Part shown: piece by piece, positions 11,426-23,812 of the stretch
Numbering within the stretch: position 1 is the stretch's first letter
Layout of the letters: each line of letters opens with the position of its first letter
From: Octopus sinensis
Taxonomy: Eukaryota
Assembly: GCF_006345805.1 (NCBI RefSeq)
Contig: NW_021832868.1
Span: forward strand, 1 to 64,000
Length of the DNA stretch: 64,000 nt
Reading direction: 5' to 3'
Translations under genes and position numbers: made by a program
Notes under the pieces: generated by a model
Database searches by the model: none
Seen by the model: only the letters and a program-made list of their open reading frames with translations
Told to the model about the DNA's origin: nothing

Positions 11426-11715
11426 CCAGATATCTGAAATAAGACTGCGATAATAATATTTATTTCTGTTTCATAGAGAATCGACAATTAATTTGCAAGG
11501 AGATTGTATTTCTGAAATTTCCACGTGCCAAATTTTTTTAACAAAAATCTATACAAATCAATTTATGATAGGCGTTTTCTAGAAAGGCGATTCTAGAAAA
11601 TAAAGAGTAAATTTTTTTTAAATCTGAATATGCAAAACAATCATCATTTTTTAGATGTGGCGCGCACATCTTTGTTTATAAGAGGTTTATAGCATCATTG
11701 TGTTATTCACCAGAA

Positions 11716-12110
11716 ATAAAGTTGAAGTCCGATTCTAGACTTTCTCTCAAGTGAAGGTTAAAGTCCTCTGTCGACATCCAATGAGGGATTCCTTTAAGGA
11801 CCAAGACTGAGGCCTTCTCAGCTACTGAGGCAAGTTTACGGCCGCCTCGTCCAAACATATTCGATCGAGACAGCTCTGCTTAGAAAGCAGCAGCATCCTT
11901 GGGCGATCTGAATTTTAGAATGAAGGTGCCGGACTTCTGTCATCTGATGGGATTAGGTCTCACTGTGTTTTTGAGGCACAGTAGGGTTCGGAAGTTCGGT
12001 GGGATATTTAGCTTTGATGGGTTCGCAAGAGGGGTGTAGTTTTACTGCTGTTCGTCTTTGAACTTTGGAGCAAGCTTCAATTGATGAGAGATTTTGATTC
12101 TTCTTGACCA
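11716..12110 (-). mobile_element. Degenerate B-related ORF1 5' fragment
   Basis: KSGTFILKFRSPKDAAAF.AELSRSNMFGRGGRKLASVAEKASVLVLKGIP aligns to the 8670 ORF1. Confidence 0.75.
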
Positions 12111-12169
12111 TTTTTTCAATCAATCAATTTCAATTTGCCGAACCACAATGACAATTATTTTCCGTCTCT

Positions 12170-14512
12170 TGATATAGAATAGAATAGTGTTTATTGAGCG
12201 AAAAGAAAAAAAAACAAAGAAGAAATCATCGGCGGGGAGATAAAAACAAGGCACCGAAGTGTCTCTTTCCATGCGTATCCCCAATACTAGTCATGTTTGA
12301 CGACAATTCTCCAAGACCATCCGGATCGTGGGCACAGAGGATTCTTGTGAGTCTTTTAACCTTCCGTCAAGTTGTACTCCGTAAGCCAATTTCATAGCGA
12401 AACGTCTTGTCTTTTCCAACTGTTCGATCAAGTAGTCACTCTCCTCCGTACCGTACCAGCCCTCGTAGCCATATGTGAGGACTGGCTGCACACACGTTTT
12501 GTATACGTAGATGTACGTTTCGGATCCAGATGGAACCTGGTTAAGCTTTTAGGATCTTCACACTCCTCTTTCTCTGATTTGCTATATGCTCTACGTACGA
12601 GCCACGACAGTTGATGGTTGCTCCCAGGTAAGAAAGATTTTTGCTTTTCGAGAGATCCATCACATAGCTACTCATCCCATATGCACACAACTCCGCATAG
12701 CGACTCCCTCTCCGCAACCATGAAATGGTGCTCTTCTCCGGTGCTAGGGTCAAACCCTTCTCTATAGTCCACATCTTTAGCGTTGCAATGTATGATTTCA
12801 GTCGTCTCCAAGACTGCGATATCCTTTTCGAGATATCCATGACCAGGATATCGTCAGCATAGATAACGAGCTTGCCAGTACGTGTCGACAACAGAGGAAT
12901 GTCCGCCAAGAAGAGGTTGAACAGAAGTGGACTCAAGATAGATCCCTGCGAGACTCCCCTTCTAAGTTCCACACACCCCGATAGGCGGTTTCCACAGCGG
13001 ACAAATGATTGTCTTCCTGACAAGAAGCTCTCCAGCCATCGATAGGTCTTTATCCCGGCTCCGATGTCATGGATTCTGGAGAGTAGGACCGGGTGCCACA
13101 CGCTATCGAAGGCTTTGGCCAAATCCAGACACACCACAGTTAGCCATGCTTCATTTCTGTCAGCACGGGATAATTGGTGCTCTAACTCCCTGAGGCAGTC
13201 CCTGCTGTGGATCTTCCTCCACGAAATCCCCATTGTTCGGGTAAAAGCAAATTTGTGATTCTATATATGACCAGAGAGTCTGTTAAAGACAATCTTTTCC
13301 ATTGTCTTAGAGAAAGCACAAATGAGGCTAATTGGCCGGTAGTTCTGTGCCAGCAGTGTCGATTTACCAGATTTTGGAATCATTCGAACAATCGTATGCT
13401 TCCACGCCGATGGAAGGTGTCCGAACGTCCAGCTGGCGTGAAACAACATAGTCAATGCTCGTATCAAGATTTCAGGGGCCTTCTTTAACAACTTCGGAGG
13501 GATGTAGTCGAAGCCAGGCGCCTTGTTCTTCAACCCAGCAATTGCCCTTTTAATCTCTTCCTGTGTTATCGCCCCACATAATGGTCCCTCCGATAATTGC
13601 GAAGAGCCAAGCTTCTTCACAATTCGGTCATAAGTCCCGCGTGGAACGGTAGATTCGACCTCTTGAACCTGACTGAGTTGGTTCCTGAGTACTTCCGGGA
13701 TACGATCAGAGGAGATATATTTCCCGTCTGGTTCTTTTAGTGAAATTTCAAATCCTTTGGCATCATTTCTGGTAAGGCGTTGATATGCTTTCCAGAAATT
13801 AGGGTTTCGCTTATCCAGTTTTCTGCATTCAGACCTCCATTTACTTTCGACCTCAGTCTTGGCCATTTTTGCAATAGTAGATTTTATCTTGTCGATCTCC
13901 AATTTCAGGCGGCATTTGATTGACTCAACCCGAAATCTTCTCCTGCGATTTTCCAGGGTACCTTTCGTTCTGATCAGAGTGACAAGTTTCGAATTTATCC
14001 GCTTTTGCGTTCCTTTGGGTTTCCATACATTTTTTAATGCATAAACATCTAGGAATTTTATGATTGACGATCTAAGGTGATCATCGAGATTGTCAATATC
14101 ATCTCTGCTTCTCAGAGGCTGGGACACGACATTTCGAAGAGAATTCCGCATATATGATTCGAATAAACTCCAGTTCATGTTCACGAGGTTGTAACCAATG
14201 AACAAGTCCTCCGTAACATTCATAGTCATCTTTATCAACATCGTTTGCGGCACGTGGTCAGAGCCAATGTCCGCTTCCAACCTCGGTATGTAACATAAAG
14301 GACTAATTGATGCCGAGCATAGAAAGAGACCCAAGCGATCAGCCCTGCCTCTGTCTGCATAATGATTCAGTTCTTCCGAAGTAAAGACCGAAAAACCCAA
14401 GCTACTGGCCAAGTCCTCAAGGACAGTTCCATCCATATTCGTAGTTTCACATCCATAACTCACATTTTTGGCATTAAGATCTCCTGCTAGGATTGACAGG
14501 CAATTTTCCTCA
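12170..14512 (-). mobile_element. Family E LINE, 5'-truncated ORF2 (APE end plus RT), (ATTCT)n tail
   Basis: ILAGDLNAKN, DIGSDHVP, YRPISLI, LDLAKAFDSV, GVSQGS, YADD; AATAAACACTATTCTATTCT at the 3' end. Confidence 0.9.
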
Positions 14513-15068
14513 CCGAATGCCAGTAGGAATTCCTGCCGCAGTATATATGTGCGCAGTATTGGAATATGCTGTGGCTGAAATGCTTGAACTTGCTTGAAAT
14601 TTTTTTTTTATTTTTTTTAACACAGATAATTTTATGAAGGTTAATTACTTAAACTAATCATTTAGTATTTAATTAGCAGCAGAGGATAAGATGGAATGGC
14701 AATTCCCACGCAAGATGGCTATTGATATTGGAAAAGCCATGTCCGTTCCCGATGATAATTTCTTCTTCTGCTTGCCAAATCCCCCAGTTTAATAAGGAAT
14801 TTTTTAGTTCTGGGGCCGAGGACTCCCGATGTCTCCACTGCGATCGGGGCAAAGATATGGCGGTGAGATAATGCACTGTATTTCTTGATTTTTAGCGTTT
14901 CGCTGGAAATACAGCAGTAAAATGTGGAAAAAGAAGAATTAAACCACGTCACGTTGTCGTTGCAATTGGAAATGACGACGAATTAAAAGAATTAACTCAG
15001 AAAGCTATTATTTCATTTGGTGGATTTATGATTCGCAAGACTGCATAAACTCCTAAACCAACTTACTA
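14513..15068 (+). pseudogene. H2A: Histone H2A pseudogene, 5'-truncated by LINE E, interrupted by a CRE insertion, with a premature stop
   Basis: [24 protein letters not shown] at 14523-14594 continues as [16 protein letters not shown] from 14902; GAA>TAA near 15046. Confidence 0.9.
14601..14901 (-). mobile_element. Short CRE-like 3' insertion in H2A with an imperfect 9-bp TSD
   Basis: KKYSALSHRHIFAPIAVETSG; poly(A); flanks GCTTGAAAT (14592-14600) and GCTGGAAAT (14902-14910). Confidence 0.85.
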
Positions 15069-16102
15069 ACTTTAAATTTATTATTTGAATAATGCACTGT
15101 TATTTTGTAATAGAAGCTACTCAAGTATGGAAGTGAAAAGCTAAATGCATCGTATATTTTCCATCAAGTTTATCTACTACAAACGAGGCCTCATTATTTT
15201 CATCTAAATTAAAAGTGAGATTATAACCTAATATTTCACGAATGGCACGTTTAATTCCAGAAATATCTCTATACTTTTTGAACAAGTCTCATTTATCGCC
15301 GAGTGATGTGTCGTATTATAAAAACGTAACTTTGTCTAAAAATGTTTTCAATTTTTATTATCTATCAGTTTTTCCATACCCCGTGTCAATGTTTGATTAA
15401 AGCGCTCAATTACACCCTATTTCTTCAAATTATTTTTTTCTGCAAATAACCATCCTTTTTTATCAGTTTCATGTCGCTAATCGCTATTTACAAATGACAC
15501 GAGCTATTTATAAAGCGATCATAGTTAGTTAAACAAAAGATTTAGTTCAGAGACATATCCTCTCTCCTAGTAGAAAAAAACTTCATTAAAAGCTGGGCTT
15601 TTCATTTAATTCTTGGATTTGCTAGTTAGATTTGGCTGACTTTTTTTCTTTCTAGAAATCGATCTTGGAATCTCTTTAGTTGATTATTACTTTTTTGATC
15701 AGAGTCAACCTTACATCCCTTCAATTTACATGCATCCTATTTATATCCCCCTACAAGTAAAAGTACAGAACCCTAAATCGCTGTTTCCTCCCAATCTGAC
15801 TTTACAAATGAAGCGATAGAAGATTTAAAAAAGCAGGTACTTCCACTAAAATCTAAAATGACTAAACGAAAAAAACTCTAGCCCAACGCACAAACTCAGC
15901 TGTTTTCGAGTTAGTCACAGTCTTTCTGAAACAGTGGACTTTAACATGATGGAAAAAGCTCTCCCTTAAGCAGGCACCACTTATACGGATGGTTCTACTA
16001 TCGAACATAGATATTTTAGACGATGAGTGTCAAACATGCAGGCCGCAAACTTCATGTGCAACACTAATAAAACAGTACCCTGCAGTCCGATTTTATGTCT
16101 CT

Positions 16103-16800
16103 CAGTGATTCTCAACATTTTTAGCTCAAGGGCCAGATCAATAATTAAGAGGATGAGTTCTCAAACTTTTTAGCTTAAGGACTAAATCGATAATTATGAG
16201 TATCATTCCGGCCGCACAAAAAATATTTTATTTGATCAAAAAAGGCTTATTAGTTTAATAAGAGAATCAATGTGAGACTTGATTTTGCTTGGCGTCTACT
16301 ATTTGATTTAAAAGAGGGGTAAAAATCAAAGACAAAGTTCGTAAAGTTGAATTAGGTGTTCACTAGTTAATCGATTTCGATACTTACTTTTTATTCGCAT
16401 AAGTTTACTGAAAAGATCTACACATCATACGTATTTCCAAAGACTGATGCATTTTTAGCATTATCGACCAAGTTCAGATATTTTCATTCTCGAATTTGAC
16501 TCCAAAAATCCAATAGTTTACTTAAATTAAATAGCGCTGTAAATCTGCCTCAATTTAAATTAGCTCCAGCTCATACATAAAGCGTTTACAGTATTTTTTT
16601 CCATAGGTGACGGAAATATTTTCATAATATGTAGAGCTTCTTTAAAATCATTCAAACGTGTTTCAAATTCATTGATTAAATCACTAATAACAGAGATATA
16701 TTTTTTGATTGAGTTCCCTATTTTTTTAATGATATCAAAACTTTCTTGACACTTTTTTACTTGCCCAAGACGATCCACCGTCTCTATTTGATAAGAATGC
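16103..16800. mobile_element. hAT (SPIN/GTF2IRD2-like) relic
   Basis: CAGTGATTCTCAA TIR-like sequence at 16103; DLINEFETRLNDFK..IFPSP on the minus strand (16560-16778). Confidence 0.55.
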
Positions 16801-16884
16801 CCATCATATCAACATTTCATTCAGGAAAGTTTTAATAACTGACTAATCAGGCAATACATAATTTCATCATTTATTTTTTAAAAA

Positions 16885-16990
16885 GTGTTAATAAATATTT
16901 AATTAGCAGCAGAGGATAAAATGAATGGAAATTCCCACTCAAGATCACTATTGATACGCGTTGGAATAGCTATGTCCGTTCCCGATGATC
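16885..16990 (-). mobile_element. CRE-like extreme 3' fragment
   Basis: Similar to 14665-14760 (TTAATTAGCAGCAGAGGATAA...ATGTCCGTTCCCGATGAT). Confidence 0.7.
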
Positions 16991-17033
16991 ATTTCTCCTT
17001 GATCGTTTCTCCTTGAATATATAATAATTATAA

Positions 17034-17113
17034 GCGCAATTCACGGAAAAAGAGTAACTATAATGCCAAACGATATGCATTTATCGAGAAGAATTCGAGG
17101 TGAAAAAACATAA
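17034..17113 (+). pseudogene. H3: Histone H3 3' fragment
   Basis: [25 protein letters not shown], followed by the same downstream flank as H3 at 27759-27990. Confidence 0.9.
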
Positions 17114-17356
17114 TTTGTATTTTAAATAAAAAATGATTTATTGTTTGGATAATTCTGAGACAATTTTTAAATTTTTTGTTGAAGTTTGTAGAAAATGTAA
17201 TGTTGCACCTCGTTTAGATAAAAGAGCATACTCGTTGTGTATTTTAGAAAATATATAATTAAAAATTGTTTAATACGGATTTGTTGGATAATTAATATAT
17301 AGCAGGAAAACAAACAAAAACCTATAACCATGAACAAGCTATAGTGAACAAAAATA

Positions 17357-18408
17357 TTTATTTTAAAAACACAAGAAAAAAAATATCAGTTAATAAATTC
17401 GGAGAAGAGATTGATTTGAGAAATCAATTGAGGAAGCCCGCTGCCTGTATGGAAAGCGAGTTCCCTCGGAGTATGGCTATTCCGATCCTTTGTCTTAGCC
17501 ATACTCCTTCACGAGGATCATTCTTCTTTGTGGCGAGCATTCTTCCGAGTTCGCGCAAGAACTCGGCAGTCGCTGGGCCAACTGCTCCTGATGACTCAGC
17601 CGCAACAGGGGTGAATCTGTAGCGGTCCCCGAGGAAGGAATATTTTTTGGTTTTAAGGTTTTCCGCGATTGAGGCAGCTGCTCCAGGTGTCTGAACCGAT
17701 TTAAGGAGATTCGTGCTTGAGTAAGTATCGACGCAAGTTGCGTCCCAGACCAAAGATCGTCCGGAGTTGAAAGGGAAAAGAGTCATCCCGTCAGGTCTCT
17801 TTCCATCACCTCGATCGAGACCCACTGGTTCAAGCTGTGCTGGGAAGCCTGCAGCCTTCAGAGCTCTGACGATCACGTCGTTCAGAGCGGCGTGACGTGG
17901 TCCTCTTCCGGCGGATCTCCTGCAGGATAGCGGGTGCAATCCCTTCGCATCGACCGTTTTCCCGCAGCGGCATCGGTGCTCCTTGGCAAACGTCTAGTCC
18001 AAGTCTTTGTCCGACTCCAATCCTCAAAGAATCGTCGTCCAAAAAAGTCCCGAGATTTGGGCAAGGGATTGCACCAAGCCATGCTCCGCTCCCTCCACTT
18101 GAGGCTGACACCAGGCAAGCAAGACGATGTTGATTTGCTTCTTTTTTAAGCCCTTCTGAAATTTTGGAGCAGACAATGTTATCCCAGTTCCTTTGTTTCG
18201 TTGTGTCTTCGGGGATTTTGAGTCCTGACCTGTTCCAATCCCGGCAAGCTTCATCAAATGACTCATTCCAGCGAAGTCCAATAGTGTGACGAAGGACTTG
18301 CCGTGTCAAATGGTTGCAGCTTGAGAGAGACGAAAAATATGCCGGGTACGCGACCTCCAGCGCCGATCTTAGACCGACACCCCCAAATCCAGAAGGAAGC
18401 TTCCCGCC
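17357..18408 (-). mobile_element. 5'-truncated CRE-like element inserted in the Tc1 left TIR, 13-bp TSD
   Basis: KRPDGMTLFPFNSGRSLVWDATCVD, RFTPVAAESSG; GTGAACAAAAATA at 17344-17356 and 18409-18421. Confidence 0.9.
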
Positions 18409-19888
18409 GTGAACAAAAATAAAAACTGAACATGCTTTTTCTTATAAATTTACAATTGGACAATATTGCAAATATGTCTCAAATTTATTTTTAACATAGA
18501 TTAAAGTATTTTACATTTTTTTAGTTTTTTTTAATAAATATATATTTATGCCCTTTTTTATAATATCGAAAATTTAAAACCAAAAAAATACTGAACAAAT
18601 TTAAATTACTTATATATATATCAAAAAAAAGGTTTTATTTTTTAAAATTCGTTCAAATTGAATCATTTGTAACCTCTCTACATAGCCAATCATTGAACAT
18701 TTGAAGAAAAAGGCAGAATAATTGGCATGTATAAATCTGGAAAAACATACAGAGAAATACAAGATATCACGAAAAAGTATGCTTGGCACGATATTGCAAA
18801 TTATCAAAAGCTATTCAAATAAGTGCTTGACGGACAAAAAAGTTAAGTCTGGTTGACCATTCGTTGCTCAATCGTCACAAATATTTTAAATTAAAGAGGC
18901 TTGAAAAGTGGATGTCAATTTCAACTGTTTTTAATTACTAAAACATTTACAGAAAAAAGGGAAATCAGTAACAGCTCAAACAATAAGAAATACCACGAAA
19001 AATTGGTCTGAATGCATATCCGCCCACGAAAAGACCACTTCTTACCAAAAACCCTAAACTTCAATGATTAAAGCTATGCCAAACATGCAATATGCTCTCA
19101 AAATATTTCGGGAGCGAGTTATTTTAAGTGATGAAAGTAAATTTAATATGTAAAATAGTGATGTAAGAACTTTAGTATGGAGAAATCGCAAGGAAAAATA
19201 TTTAACAAACAATCTTAAAAAAACAGTAAAATTCGGTAAAGGAACTATCATGAACTATAATGCCATAATCAATATTGGATTCATTAATTTGGTTTTGATA
19301 AAAGAGAAGATTGGTGGAGCTTTGTATGTTAACATATTAACGAATAATATGATCTCATTTCTGAACAAAATCGAACACAAAGATCCTAGTTTCCAACAAG
19401 ACAATGATCTGAAACATACTTCGGCAATAGCAAAGAGCTTTTTTCAAGTAAATAATATCGAATTACTACTATGGCCAACACAAAGCCCAGATTTAAACCC
19501 TATAGAGAATGTTTGGGCCTTTATTAAAGAAAAAATCAAAGGAAGAGAATTTTTGAAAAAGGAACATTTATTTGCAAAAATATCATCAATTTGGAATTAA
19601 CTCAAAATAGAATATGCAAAAAGTCTTATTAATAGCATGCCAGGCCGAATACTAGATGTAATTAGAGCTAATGGAGGACATAATAGATATTAAATAAATT
19701 TGTGCATTTTTTGGGTTCTGAATTATGAATGAATGGAAAACCGTATAAATATAATATTTTTTAGACAAACTAAAAAATAAAGCAAAACTTTATTTAATTT
19801 TTTTAAATCAATAGAAGTTATTTTGTAAATATTGTTTCATAGTAAATTCATGAGAAAATGCTTTTTCAGTTTTTATTTTTGTTCACTG
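18409..19888 (+). mobile_element. Tc1-like DNA transposon with degenerate transposase
   Basis: TIRs (CA)GTGAACAAAAATAAAA / TTTTATTTTTGTTCACTG+TA; FQQDNDLKH and WPTQSPDLNPIENVW (DD34E-type). Confidence 0.9.
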
Positions 19889-19917
19889 TATATTTTTACT
19901 ATTTTTTGGGATAATTT

Positions 19918-20030
19918 CTCCATCTACGAGGCGGGGAAGTCCTCTTGTTAACTCTCTTTTCTCTCTGTTTTCGTTTACAGTTATTATTAAAAAAAAAAAA
20001 AAAAAAAAAACAAAACAAAAAATAAAATTT
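19918..20030 (+). mobile_element. Short poly(A)-tailed retro-insertion
   Basis: About 113 bp absent from the paralogous spacers at 29060 and 35060; long A-tail; AATTT on both sides. Confidence 0.7.
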
Positions 20031-20252
20031 AGCCTAAGTAAATAAATTATATTGGACTAAAAAAATATTTCGCCAATGATAAAATAACACAGTATTGCGA
20101 TATTTTATCTATAATTACTTCTAAATGTTTATTCGTTGATTGTGTTTGAAATTTTTTTGAAATTCGTTAAAAAAACTTAACTGGTTGATCTATTGTATTT
20201 CGAAAACAATATTACAAAATAACAGTGCATTATTCAAATAATTAATTTAAAG

Positions 20253-20612
20253 TTAGGAAGTTGTTTTAGGAGTTTCTGCAGTTTTGCGAATCATAAATCC
20301 ACCAGATAAAATAATAGCTTTCTGAGTTAATTCTTTTAATTCGTCGTCATTTCCAATTGCAACGACAATGTGACGTGGTTTAATTCTTCTTTTTCCACAT
20401 TTTACTGCTGTATTTCCAGCAAGTTCAAGCATTTCAGCCACAGCATATTCCAATACTGCGCACATATATACTGCGGCAGGAATTCCTACTCGCATTCTGG
20501 TTTCATGACGGAGACACCGGTGAATGCGTCCAACTGGAAACTGTAACCCGGCCCGAACGGATTTGCTTTTAGCCTTTGACCGTACTTTTCCTCCTTTTCC
20601 TCTTGAAGACAT
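20253..20612 (-). CDS. H2A: Histone H2A (divergent, short C-terminus)
   Basis: [41 protein letters not shown]; intact 119 aa. Confidence 0.95.
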   Translation of the reverse strand: MSSRGKGGKVRSKAKSKSVRAGLQFPVGRIHRCLRHETRMRVGIPAAVYMCAVLEYAVAEMLELAGNTAVKCGKRRIKPRHIVVAIGNDDELKELTQKAIILSGGFMIRKTAETPKTTS

Positions 20613-20653
20613 TATACTCTGCTAACTATTTTTTATTTACATAATAAAAAAAA

Positions 20654-23600
20654 TTCTACTTCTTGTGTTGTTGGATTTCAGTGGCACGTTGTGTTGTTGT
20701 GGTGCACTTTTTTCTTTTTCTGTTCATTGTTATTTGCTATTCAATAATCCATTGTTGCCTCTTTTTCTCTTTTTTGTTTTTCTTTTTATCTCACCAACAA
20801 TCCATTTATTGATTCTTTTCTTATGTCATCTTGTTTTTCTTGCAAAACAACCAATTCTCGTAAGAGGGGCCGCTCGTGCTCTTCTTGCTCTCTTTATTTT
20901 CACTTATCCTGCGCCGGTCTTTCTAAGGCCAGTTCCGCTATGATCGAATGCTGGAAGTGCCCAAAATATCTCGTGCCTGACCTACCCGAGCAGACTAATC
21001 TTCCACCCTCCATTCCCGCATCCATTCCCAATCCCTTGGTTTTTCTCAAACTCCTATCAGCATTCCGGAGTCATTCAATCATTCCTGCCAGAATCCCAAA
21101 ATCAGCCAGACTTACCGTGGCTAAGTCCCTCTCGGTCTTGATCGACCAGGCACTGTTATCCAACGATCCCGAAACCTGGTTCAAGTTATTCTGTTTCTTC
21201 CCTGTCTGCCTTAATTCTACATCAATTCGCTCACACGATGCCAAACTCGTTTCTTCCGCTCAGCGGATCAAAGATCGCTGTTTATCCTTTATTCATTCTG
21301 AATTCAACTCTGACTGGCTGTCCGTCCCTTGTTCTCCGTCTAGTAATGAGCCGTCTCCCAAACAAAGCGGTTCAGCTGAAATGCGCCTATATCGAGCAGT
21401 TCAAAGCAAACTTCTCCAGGGGGACATCTCCGGTGCTGTACGTGCAATCTCGTCGGACTCCTCAGTGGCTCCCCGGTGTGACACTGTCCTAAATCAACTC
21501 CGAAGTAAACACCCTCGCACTCCCGCCGATATACGAGCAATTCCGACTTTGGACACGGTCCCGCCTATCCCGATCACACCGGCCGAGGTCTCGGCTGCCC
21601 TGGGGTCTTTTGTTCCCAGCAGCAGCGGGGGCTTAGACGGTTTAAAGCCCATCCATATCCGGGATCTCGTATCACCCCTAACCCTCGATTCCGGTAGGGA
21701 CTTATTATCCTCCATCACCCGTCTTTGTTCGCGCATTGTGTCCGGCACGATCCCAGCCGTCGCAAGGGAGCTTCTCTTTTCTGCGGGGCTTATTGCCCTG
21801 AAGAAAGTCGAGGGCGGTGTGAGACCGATTGCTATCGGCAACGTCTTCAGAAGGCTCTCAGCCAAAATCATGTCATTCAGGGTGGTTCCAACTCTGAGTT
21901 CGGAGTTCTTACCCTTCCAGTACGGTGTTGGTGTTAAGGGTGCCTGCGAAATCCTAGCGCACGGTACCCGCCAACTCCTACATTCTAAACCCAACGACTG
22001 TGAGTTTATTGTCAAACTGGATGTCAGTAATGCTTTTAATTGTGTCCGTCGTGACCACATGCTCGAGGTGGTCTCAAAACGGTGCCCAGAGCTCTGGCCA
22101 ATCGTAAATCTTGCATATTCTTCTCCAAGCTGCCTCCTGTTTCATGGCGAAACCATTATGTCCGAATGCTGTATTCAGCAGGGTGACCCCCTTGGGCCAT
22201 TGCTGTTTGCCCTCTCTGTTGATCATATTGCACGCAACCTTGCTTTCAATGTCAATTTTTGGTACTTAGACGATGTTACTATTGGAGGACCTTTGGATGT
22301 CGTTATGGAGGACATTAACAAAATCACGTCTGGTTTCGCGGAGATCGGTCTATCTTTGAATGGTCGTAAGTGCGAACTCGTAAATATTTCGTTATCCTCG
22401 GGGGCTCTTTCTCACGCATCTTTTTCCCTACGAGGTCTGATTGCAGGGTTAAGGCTCACACCTACCAACGATCTAGTTATTCTGGGGTCACCAATTTCCG
22501 AACATGGAATCTTAAAGAGCTTATTGTCTAAATTGGAAGAAATCAAGCTGCTTACCGAGCGGATCCGCGGGCTTGACTCGCACATGGCTTTTTTCTTGCT
22601 GAGGAATTTCCTCTTTATCCCGAGGCTAACATACATCCTACGTTCTTCGCCTTGTTTCGTGGCTCCCGATGCTTTACTTGCAATCGACAATTTTATCCTC
22701 AGCTCGCTGGTATCCCATCTCAACACGAGACTCACTGGCGTCGGTCTTACCCGTGCGTGCCTACCTATACGTTTCGGGGGGATCGGGATTCGCTCCTGCA
22801 AGGACCTAGCCTTGCCTTGCTATCTTTCTTCGACCTCGGCATCCAGGAATTCGGTCTGCTCGGTTCTTTTTCCCTCTCTCGAACTCAACGAGCTTTCCGA
22901 ATTCTCATCAGCCTCGCGCATTTGGTCGTCACTCGGTCTGGTTTTTCCGACGATCCCTTCAGTCCAAAAGAACTGGGACGAGTCTTTTGCTCAGACACTC
23001 TGTGCAAACTCCGGTCAAAGTTGGACCAAGTCCAACTGGCATCTCTCAACTGCGCTTGCCAGCCGCATACGGGAGACTGGCTCAATGCACTCCCTACCCC
23101 TAGTACGGGACATCTCTTGGACGACGAATCCTTACGGATTGGTGTCTGCTTACGCTTGGGCCTGGACATCTGTCAGCCCCACCCATGCCGGTGCGGGTCC
23201 ACGATCTCTCCGAACGGTTTGCACGCCCTCTCGTGCAAGAAGAGTGCTGGTAGAATTCCTCGCCACACTCACCTCAATGACGTCGTGAAAAGGGCTCTAG
23301 AGTCGGCAGGTTTCCCCTCCACTCTAGAGCCAGTCGGTCTCTGCCGGAGTGATAGAAAGCGTCCTGACGGGATGACTACCTTCCCTTTCAGGGAAGGCAA
23401 GTCCCTGATTTGGGACGCAACTTGTGTTGACTCGTTCTCCGCGTCGGTGTTACTCAAGTCCATCACTAACCCGGGTTCCGCCAGTGCTCAGGCTGAGGAG
23501 GCTAAGAGGTCGAAGTATGGAAATATTTCGGACTCTTACGAGTTTGTCCCCCTCGCCTTTGAAACATCTGGAATTGTCGGCAGGTCTGCGACTCGCCTTC

Positions 23601-23812
23601 TTGCCGACATTGCCAAGAGAATCGCCAAGAAGACCAACGACCGGAGGGAGACGAGCTGGCTCTTCCAGCGAATCTCGGTCGCAGTGCTCCGCGGAAACTG
23701 TCACTCGATACGCAGTGCGGCGACTTTGAGCTGACCTCCAGGCTCTTTATTAATTCGTGTATAACTTATTCCTCTTTTATATGAAATAAATTAAATTATG
23801 AATTTAAAAAAA
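20654..23812 (+). mobile_element. Near full-length CRE-like retrotransposon (PHD finger, RT, REL endonuclease) with one frameshift near 23000
   Basis: CFSC...CSSCSLYFHLSC...CWKC; RPIAIG, KLDVSNAFN, QQGDPLGP, WYLDD; RPDG...IWDATC...AFETSG; poly(A) at about 23806-23812. Confidence 0.93.
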
